Part shown: piece after piece, positions 55,320 through 64,000 of the stretch
Layout: every line of letters starts with the position of its first letter
Position numbering within the stretch: the stretch's first letter is position 1
Assembly: GCF_009914755.1 (NCBI RefSeq)
Contig: NC_060927.1
Origin: the human T2T-CHM13v2.0 reference genome, Homo sapiens
Length of the DNA stretch: 64,000 nucleotides
Direction: 5' to 3' (one strand)
Position numbers and translations under genes: made by a program
The notes under the pieces: generated by a model
Told to the model about the DNA's origin: nothing
Databases searched by the model: none
What the model saw: the letters and a program-made list of their open reading frames with translations, nothing else

Positions 55320-56030
55320 TGTCACCTACCAGACTTCCAATTATTTTCCCTCATTTACTAAGACTTGACACCTGGATTATCGTCATCTTTGCTCTTTGTC
55401 CTGACATCATCTGAGTGAGTTCAGATATCTGGCTGTGAATGAATCTTCTAACATCCTGGCCTTTCACATTTTTATCTCCTCAACTCCCCTCTAGCTTAGC
55501 AACCCAATCCCATGAAATTGCTTAACCTCTCAAAACCTATACTCTAGATCCAAGAGTATTACTCCTGGACCAAACCTCTATGCCTTTCATCTCTTTTACT
55601 CCCATATCCTCCAACATCTGTCCTTTCATCTTTAGTCCCTGAACCACTATGCATTCTCTTCACTGGACGCTTTCTTCTGTCCTCTCCTACCCAGCCCAGA
55701 CCCACAATCCACCATTGTAACCACCCTGTCATCATTAATCACAATTAATGGTTCTCCCTTCTCATTCTTCTCATCAAAACCTCAAGTCTGAGTCAATAAA
55801 AACTTTTGGATTCTCAGAGAGACATTAGACAAAATCATATAACTGCAGTTTATTTTCATGTAGATTCATGATCCCTTTCCTTAGAGAGGTCCTGAACCCT
55901 TCCCCTTATTCCTACTCACCTCCTATATAATTTCTCTCTGTAGTCTGTCTAATCTTGGGTTTCAAGTCTCAAATTCCTCATTTGCTTTCAATTCAATTAA
56001 AATACATTTAAGCTAAGAATTTTCTCAACT
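55320..56030 (+). mobile_element. L2 internal remnant
   Basis: C/T-rich decayed L2-like sequence; similar sequence resumes after the MSTA at ~58520-58760. Confidence 0.5.
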
Positions 56031-56094
56031 TATTTTCTACCCAAAGAACTCTTCCTATCTCAATGGTACAGGTTCTTATATGTTCAAATATTAT

Positions 56095-58515
56095 TGTGTT
56101 AGGTCATTCTTGCATTGTTATAAAGAAATACCCAAGGGTGGGTAATTTATAAAGAAAAGACATTTAATTGGCTTATGGTTCTACAGGCTTTACAGGGAGC
56201 ATGATGCTGGTATCTGCTTCTGGTGAGGCCTCAGGGTGCTCTTACTTATGGTGGAAGGCTAAGCAGGAGCAAGTATGTCACATGGCAAGAGCCAGAGCAG
56301 TTGGTGGGGGAAACACGGGTAGGGGAAGGTGTCACAAACTTTTAAACAACGAGATCTCATGAGAACTCACTCACTATTGTGTGGACAGCACCAATCCTTG
56401 AGGGATCCACTTCCAGTACCCAAACACCTCCCCCCAGGCCCCACTTCCAACTTTAGGGATTACATCTCAACATGAGATTTGGAGGAGACAGCCAAATTGT
56501 GTCATTCCACCTCTGCCCCCACAAATCTCATGTCCTTATCACATTAAAGAAACATAATAATGTCTTCCCAATAATCCCTCAAAGTCTTAACTCATTTCAG
56601 AATTAAGTCAGAAGTCCCAAGTCCCAAGTCAAAAGTCAAAAATCTCATTTGGGAATGAGTTCCTTCCAATATGAGCCTGTAAAATATAAACAAGTTATTT
56701 ACTCCCAAGATACAATGGAGGTACAGACACTGGGTAAGTATCTCAAATAAAAGGGAGAAATCAGCCAGAAGAAAAGGGCTATATGCCCCATGCATGTCTG
56801 AAACCCAGAAGGAAGTAACTAAATCTTAAAGCTCTAAAATAATCTCCGTTGCCTCCATGTCTCACAACCATGGCAATCCCAATATAAGGGGTGGGCTCCC
56901 AGGGCCTTAGGAAGCTCTATGCCTGGGGCTTTGCAGGGTTAGGCCCCTGTGGCTGCTCTCATGGATTACAGTTGAGTGCATGATGCTTTTCCATGTGTCA
57001 GGCACAAGCTGCTGGCGGTGCTATTGTTCTGGGGTCTAGAAGGTGGTGGCCCCCTTTCCATAGCTCCACTAGGCAGTGACCCAGTAGGAACTCTGTGTGG
57101 GGGGTCCAACCCCACATTTCCCCTCTGCACTGCCCTAGCAGAGCATCTCTGTGGGGGCTCTGTCCCTGCAGCAGACTTCTGCCTGGACACCCAGGCTTTT
57201 CCATACATCTTCTGAAATCTGGGCAGAGGCTGCCAAACTTTCTTCACTCTTGCACTCTGCACACCTACAGGCTTAACACCATGTCAAAACCACCAAGGCT
57301 TATGGCTCCAACCCTCTGAAGTGGCAGCCCAAGCTGTACCTGAGGGCTTTTGAGCCGCAGCTGGAGCTGGAATGGCCTGGATGCAGGGAAAAGTGTCCTG
57401 AGGCTGTGCAGGGCAGTGGGGCACTGGCTCTAGGACATGAAACCATTATTTCCTCCAGGGCCTCAAGGCCTGTGATAGGAGGGGCTGCTACAAAGATCTC
57501 TGATAAGTTTTTGAGGCCTTTCCCCCATTTTCTTGGCTATCAGCACCTAGCTACATTTTAGTCATGCAAATCTTTCTAACAAGTGGTTGCTCTGCAGCCT
57601 GCTTGAATTCCTTTCCTGACAATGCTTTTTCTTTCTCTGCCACATGGCCAAGCTGCAAATTTTTCACTTTTATACTCTGCTTCCCTTCTAAATATAGAGT
57701 GCAACTTTAAGTCATTTATCTGCTCCTGCATCTGACTACAGGCTGTTAGAAGCAGCCAGGCCTTATCTTGAATGCTTTGCTGCTTAGAAATTTCTTCTGC
57801 TAGATAGTCTAGGTCATCACTCTTAAGTTCAAACTTCCACAGATATGCAGCCAAATTCTTTGCTAAGGCATAACAAGGGTGACCTTTGCACCAATTCCCA
57901 AAAAGTTCCTCATTTCCATCTGAGACTTCATCAGGCTGGACTTCACTGTCCATATCACTATTAACATTTTGGTTACAATTATTTAACCAGTTTCTAAGAA
58001 GTTCCAAAGTTTCCCTCATCTTCCTTTCTTCTTCTGAGCCCTCCCAAACTCTTTAAACCTCTGCTCATTACCCGGTTCCAAAGTCGCTTCCACAATTTTA
58101 GTTATCTTTATAGCAGTGCCCGACTCCTCAGTACCAGTTTCTGTGTTAGGCCATTCTTGCATTGCCATAAAGAAATACATAAGTTTGGGTAATTTATAAA
58201 AGAAAAAAAGGTTTAGTTGGCTTACAGTTCTACAGGATTTACAGGAAATATGGTGCTGGAATCTACTTCTGGTGAGGTCTCAGGTTGCTTTTAATCATGA
58301 TGGAAAGTGAAGCAGGAACAGACACATCACATGGTGAGTGCAGGAGCAAGTCAGGGGGAGGTGCTACAAATTTTTAAATAACCAGATCTCTTGAGAAATC
58401 ACTCTCTTGAGGACAACACCAAGCCATGACCCAAACACCTCCCACCAGTTCCCAACTCTAGCACAGAGGATTACATCTCTGCATGAGATTTGGAGGGGAC
58501 ATCCAAGCTATATAA
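56095..58515 (-). mobile_element. Complete MSTA MaLR provirus: LTR-int-LTR
   Basis: LTRs 56095-56504 and 58142-58515 (tgtgttagg.cattcttgcattg..ataaagaaatac), internal region homologous to THE1-int (LWKFELKSDDLDYLAEEISKQQSIQ); TSD attat / tttat. Confidence 0.92.
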
Positions 58516-59526
58516 TTTATCTTTCCATCTGTCTCCAGACCCCCATCCTTTTAAACATTCTTAGAGATTTCACCCTGTCAATCATATTTTTCTTGACTTA
58601 TTCCCTCTCTCTATGGACTCTTTCAATATAATAATGGCCAGGGTTCATATTCTGAAAGAATTTGAAAATCAGCCCATCATTTTGCATTTCCCTTAGGCTA
58701 CTGTTCCATTTCTATTTTCCTTTTAAAGGAATTCTATGAGTCATGCTGTCCACTTCTTTTTCCAAACTTAATTTTGCTTCTGGAAGTTGGCTTTGTTCAG
58801 AAAGGCTGTGCCCTGCAAGACCAGTTTTCCCTGGATTACAAACAATAAAGTCAGCTTTTAATTTCAGATGGTGGTCTATTCTTTTAACATGAGTCGTTGA
58901 AACTACATCATATGCTCTACTATATAATGAGTGCAAAGACTAATTGTGCCAATACATAAAATTTTGCAGTAAAAATTATGCTTGCTAAGTTTTAGTTGGC
59001 ATCCTGAACACATAGTTAACATAGTCCAACTTTTCAGGTCAAAACTATTTCATCCCTGGGCTTGTTAAACTAGAGGGTGTTCAGACCCATTCTTGAGAAA
59101 GGAGGCTTCCTGGTTGGGTTGCAGTGATAACCATTAAAATTGTTCTCGCCAAAGACCCTTGACAGTCAAACAGGTTATTCTTTACTCTTACTGCTACTTC
59201 TAGAAACTCTGTAACTAGCAATTTCCTCAAAACCTCGAGTCCATGAGGAGTAACGTATTACAGTTTTCTCTCAATTAATTTCTTAGTCTCAGAGATAGTC
59301 CTTTCTGAATTATTCACACTTCTCCAAAATTCTTTCCTCATCCTTATTTTCCTTTTACAGTTCAGGTGGCTTCAGGTACTGATGACCCTTCAATGTCTGT
59401 CTTTGGTCATGAACTTTCCCCTGTGCTTCCGGCATGTTTCCAGCTAACAAATGTGCTGCTCCAACTGGGCTTGCCAGCAGCCTTCACATGCAATATATCC
59501 AAAGTTGCATTCACTAACTCTGCAAA

Positions 59527-59645
59527 TTTTCCTTCCTCCCTCCCTCTTTTCCTCCCTCCCTCCCTGTCTTCATCCCTCCCTCTCTCCCTTCCTCCCTTCC
59601 TTCCTTCCTTCCTTCCTTCTTTCCTTTCTCTCTCTCTTTTCCTCT
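59527..59645. repeat. Polypyrimidine (CCCT/CCTT) low-complexity tract
   Basis: ccttcctccctccctc...ttccttccttccttcc. Confidence 0.9.
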
Positions 59646-59689
59646 GTGTTTATATTTCTATTTATAGATAGATAGAGATATATCTGGAT

Positions 59690-59875
59690 ACGTAACAAAG
59701 TTTTTACAAAGTAAAACTTACCTTCCAATGTTCAATGAACTCTGATTTTTTATTGTATTGAATTTTTATTCTATTCCATTCCTTTCTATGATTTCAATTA
59801 AACATAATGCTGATTGCAATCCATTAAATTGATTTTACAACCCAGCAATAGGTAATAACACAGAGACTGAATACT
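59690..59875. mobile_element. MER113-like hAT remnant
   Basis: aatgctgattgcaatccattaaattgattttacaacccagcaatagg resembles the MER113 subterminal region. Confidence 0.5.
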
Positions 59876-59889
59876 ATATTTTCTCTATA

Positions 59890-60325
59890 TATACACTGGA
59901 GTGATAAAGCAAAATTAAAAATTAGACTTCATCATTCCCCATGTTGATCCTTTCTGAAGGCGTTTTGTTGCCTGCTGCATAAAATCTCAGAAGGCATGCA
60001 TGGCCCCTGACAACCTGCCAGCTTCTTCAGCTTTATTTCTCCCTATTTGTTCTTCCCTGCATTTACTACCCTAGGAACACCCAATTCCTTCCTATTTTAC
60101 CTTGGTGTTTTCTCTTTATATTCTCTCATACCTTTACCCCTCTAGCTGTTTTCCCCTAAAATCAACACGTGGATTATGGCAAATAAAATGTCTACTATAT
60201 TTTAGCTGTAACTAAAGAATAAATAAGGAGCTATGATTGTGGGGTTGAAATCCAATGCTTCCCTGTAGCTCCTGTAGTAACCAGCACAATGTTGCTAATG
60301 TAGTAACTACTCAATAAATATTTTT
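59890..60325 (+). mobile_element. L2 remnants
   Basis: tggcccctgacaacctgccagc...; 3' end ccagcacaatgttgctaatgtagtaactactcaataaatatttt. Confidence 0.5.
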
Positions 60326-62270
60326 TATGTCCTTTGCTGATTCCCAGTGGATCCATTTGTCATAACTTTCCTGCCCAAGAACTCACCTATTGCCTTCAAC
60401 ACCAATTCCAATGTCCTCTTCCTGGTTTAGATCCTCCAGAATCTCACTCTATCTATCCACCCTTATTTTATGATAATGTCTTTCTCTGGCTTGCTCATCA
60501 CTTTGCTGCCCTTCTGTTTTATCCTTCTTTCACCAAGTTCACCATCCTTCTAGTAATGTTTCACACATCATACTCATCTTCCTTCCCCTCTCCCTCCCTA
60601 CTTTTCCATTTAGCTATTTATGTTTCGAGGTTCATTCCAAAATCCTATCTTTTCCATTGGTACTTCATATATTTTAATCTATGTATCTTTAATAAGGATA
60701 ATAAGAGTTTCCAACCCACTGGTTGGTTGTGAGAATTAGATAGGTTAATATAGATAAAGTGCCTGCCACACAGTTTGTGTTCATATTGTGTATATCATAG
60801 ACTCCATTGAACTTTCTCATGCTAAGCCTTTGTTCTGTACAGCCATTGCCCATCACTGAACACTTAATAGATTTCTAATTGTCTTACCATTATAAGACTT
60901 CTTTCTAAAACCTGACTCAAATTCCTTGAAAACCAAAGCCCTGTCATATCACATCCTCTTACCCCAATGTCACTCTTACAGTGACATTGTAGTGACTTAA
61001 TAAACTGTGGTTGATTTCTTGGTGTAATTTGCTCTGTAAAATCAATGATCAATATTCATAGGTGAATATCATCACTATCATCATCATCCACCCAAACAAC
61101 ACTCTAGAAGATATTTATTTATAGATATGTAATATATTTTAGTAGTGGCATTCAAGTATATATGAATCCAGTGTTCTAGGTATTCATAACAATTCCTACA
61201 AAACAAGGGAACCACACTGAGTGTGATGAAAATCTCTCTCTCTCTATTTTTTTTTTTTTTTACTCCCTAAGTAGCTACATCCTATTCTCTGATAGAAACA
61301 GAATCATCTCTTAGGCGGAAACAAAGTCTTCTCTATTTTAGTGAATGTCAAATGAGGCAAAAGAAGAGTTACATAATTTAGTAGAAGTTGAAACTAAATT
61401 TTCCTTTAATATTTTTCTAGATAACCTGAATTGAAAAAGCAATTGCAACTTCACTCTGCATTACATTTTTGTGAACACATTAAAGTGGATCTCATCTACT
61501 CACTATTTCAGAGTCTGTTTAACTATGAAGTTGTATGTGTAGGAAGGCTGGAATGGGGTCCGTAACAGAGGAAAGAGACGGAATTGCTGTTTTTAAGTCT
61601 ATTTGGTTTCAGTAGACTTACACACATTTGGAAAGTTGGATAGTGGAAGAAATGTTTTGCAACATGATCCGATACTTAAGTCAGAATCATCTGACTTAAA
61701 TTTTTCTGGGTGTCATCCCTAAACAGTCTTCAAACTGATTACAATTTAGGGTTGTGTAAGACTTCATGACAATTGGTTAGGTATTGATTCAGAAGAATGA
61801 CAGAATTAACTATATTTAAAAATTTCATTAACATTTACTGTCATTTGAATCAAACACATAATGACCACCTGTAAACTATGGAAATAATCCCACTGATGAA
61901 AAAGATCTTCCTCAGCTTCCTATGGATTAATTGTTCATTTTTTTCGGTGAAGTTTTCACTTGTGGGATGAATTTAAAGTTTCAGAGACACACACTATCTA
62001 ACCACTGGCCCAAGTTCAGTATCAATCTATTTTTTAGTATTAATAGAAAAGTAGTCATTAAGTAAGTTAATTTGTTTTTTAAATGAATATGAGATTATGT
62101 TCAGTATAAATTTTCAGAGTAAATTTTCATGACAATTTACATTTTTATATAATATTTTTAAATAGCTTTGTATATTTATTAATTCTCTTTTAAAAGTCAC
62201 ATATGGGTTAAAACCTATTGTGATTTTAAAAGAGAAGGAAGTGATGAGTATTTTCAATGCTAGTCGTTCT

Positions 62271-62423
62271 CAATGTTAAGCTGCTCCATAGTCAACCTGG
62301 GATTGTAAAAATACCAATGTTCCAGGAATGATCATTGCCTGGACCCCAGATAATTGTACTGGACTCTCTGAGAGTGGGTTTGGGCATCTGTGTATATCTA
62401 ATAGCTCCCCAGGTGATTGTAAT
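62271..62423. mobile_element. MER5-like hAT MITE
   Basis: tagtcgttctcaa...gggtttgggcatctgtgtat...agctccccaggtgattgtaat. Confidence 0.65.
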
Positions 62424-62427
62424 TATA

Positions 62428-62792
62428 AAGTCATATGCTGCATAACGATGTTTTGGTCAATGACAGACTGTATATATGACAGTAGTCCCATCAGATTATA
62501 ATGGAGCAGCCCTATACAGGTGTACCATTTTTTATTTTTCATACCTTATTTTCACTATATCTTTTCTATGATTAGATACACAAATACTATTGTGTTACAA
62601 TTGCCTACAGCACTCAGTACAATAACATGCTTCATAGCCTAGAAGCAGTAGGCTCTACCGTATAGCCTAGGTGTGTAGTTGACTATGCCATCTACGCTAG
62701 TGTAAGTGCAGTCTATTGTGTTTGCACAATGACAAAATTGCCTAATGACACATTTCTCAGAATGTATCTCTATTGTTAGCTACGCATGACTG
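62428..62792 (+). mobile_element. Tigger3a/MER7-like MITE
   Basis: aagtcatatgctgcataacgatgttttggtcaatgac...tatagcctaggtgtgtag...cgcatgactg, flanked by TA. Confidence 0.87.
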
Positions 62793-63151
62793 TATTAAGA
62801 ACCTACGATGTTCATAATCTTTTTTTATGGAATGTGATTCTCTTTTCATTTGTAAAGTGATACAAATTATAGTGTAGGCTTATTTATTGAAAATTCTCCT
62901 ACTAAACCCCTCTTCCATACTCTACTACCATCTAAGTAATGGGAAAACTCTGTTCTCCCCGAGATGGTCAATGCCTACCTCCCGACCCTCATTTGGCCCC
63001 CTCTTCCACCCTTCCTGTCCTTTTGATTCTCTCCAAATCCCTCTTCACAACTTCTCCCATGTTATGGGGGCTGCATACAAATAGGAACTGTGGCTCTTCC
63101 CCTGCTGTGTCAATGGCTGCTTTTGTGTGGGAAAGGGAGGGGGACTTAGCA

Positions 63152-63167
63152 TGAGTCAGATGAGTCA
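63152..63167. promoter_or_regulatory. Tandem AP-1 consensus sites (candidate enhancer core)
   Basis: TGAGTCA at 63152-63158 and 63161-63167 in unique sequence. Confidence 0.45.
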
Positions 63168-63589
63168 GACGGTGGGTGTGCAGCACAGCCACGACCATGT
63201 GGATAAAAAGCCTCAATAGTAAGGAAGAGTGGCCCATCAAAATGAGTAATTGCCTCAGATATATCTCCTATTTCTCATCCCTTTTTAATAATACTAAGCC
63301 TGAAAAATATTTTGTTCCTTTAATCAATAATCAACTCTCATCTATGTATCTTAAATCTTCTAATTTGTTTTTTATTCCATCGGGGTTGGGATGATAACCA
63401 TTGAAGGTAAATAAATTACACTAAAATATGTTGGATATCTTTCTAAACGTCAACTTAAAGATCACATTTCAGAAAAAAATCTTTTAAAATATAAACAATA
63501 ACACACTAAACAAAAAATAAAAATACATTACCCTAAAATGTAAATGAAGTCTTGGAATTCAGGCAAGCAAGACCCAATTCCTTGTCTCT

Positions 63590-63690
63590 ACACTTTGGAT
63601 CCTTGAGGGCAGAAACTGTATTTTATTTATATTTGTATTTCCAGCATCTAGCATTATGCCAGGTTAAAATAGCTGGTAAATGCTAGTGGT
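63590..63690 (+). mobile_element. L2 3' end
   Basis: tccttgagggcagaaactgtattttatttatatttgtatttccagcatctagca. Confidence 0.7.
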
Positions 63691-64000
63691 ATTAACACAC
63701 TTTTTTCTTATAATGGCAAATTTTAATTTTCTAGAGATTTGTATTATTTAATCAGTGTTTAATTATTATAAAGTATAATTAAACACACTGATTATAAAAA
63801 TGTATGTAATAATACTTTTATCTTATTTTTTGGGGTTAAAAGGGAAATTCATTTCGTATTTTCCTGTATGTTTGCTAGCATTTTCCAAATTTTTTAAAAT
63901 CATTAAATACTTATTAGTTATGGTGTCCCTGTATGGAACAACGACAACAACAATCAAGTTAAAATCTGAAATGTCTAATCTTGAACATGAAGAGTTCACA

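Overview
AT-rich primate (human-like) genomic DNA, intronic or intergenic. I found no protein-coding exon, RNA gene, CRISPR array or CpG island that I can support. The ORF-track entries I can assign are decayed Alu, L1, MaLR or Tigger frames; the rest look like chance ORFs. Roughly half the window is transposon-derived: about 11 Alu insertions, a ~10.7 kb L1MA3-like element carrying nested L1PA15/16, THE1 and Alu insertions, a 4.5 kb minus-strand L1PA, complete THE1 and MSTA MaLR proviruses, a full-length Tigger7, and many MIR/L2/MER remnants. Family names come from recalled consensus sequences, not a database search. I do not see a demonstrable new biological system. The best leads are a 36-bp fold-back insertion inside an L1, a 3' transduction, an L-L-R Alu trimer, several short templated duplications, a well-formed 111-nt minus-strand candidate exon, and a few enhancer-like motif clusters.
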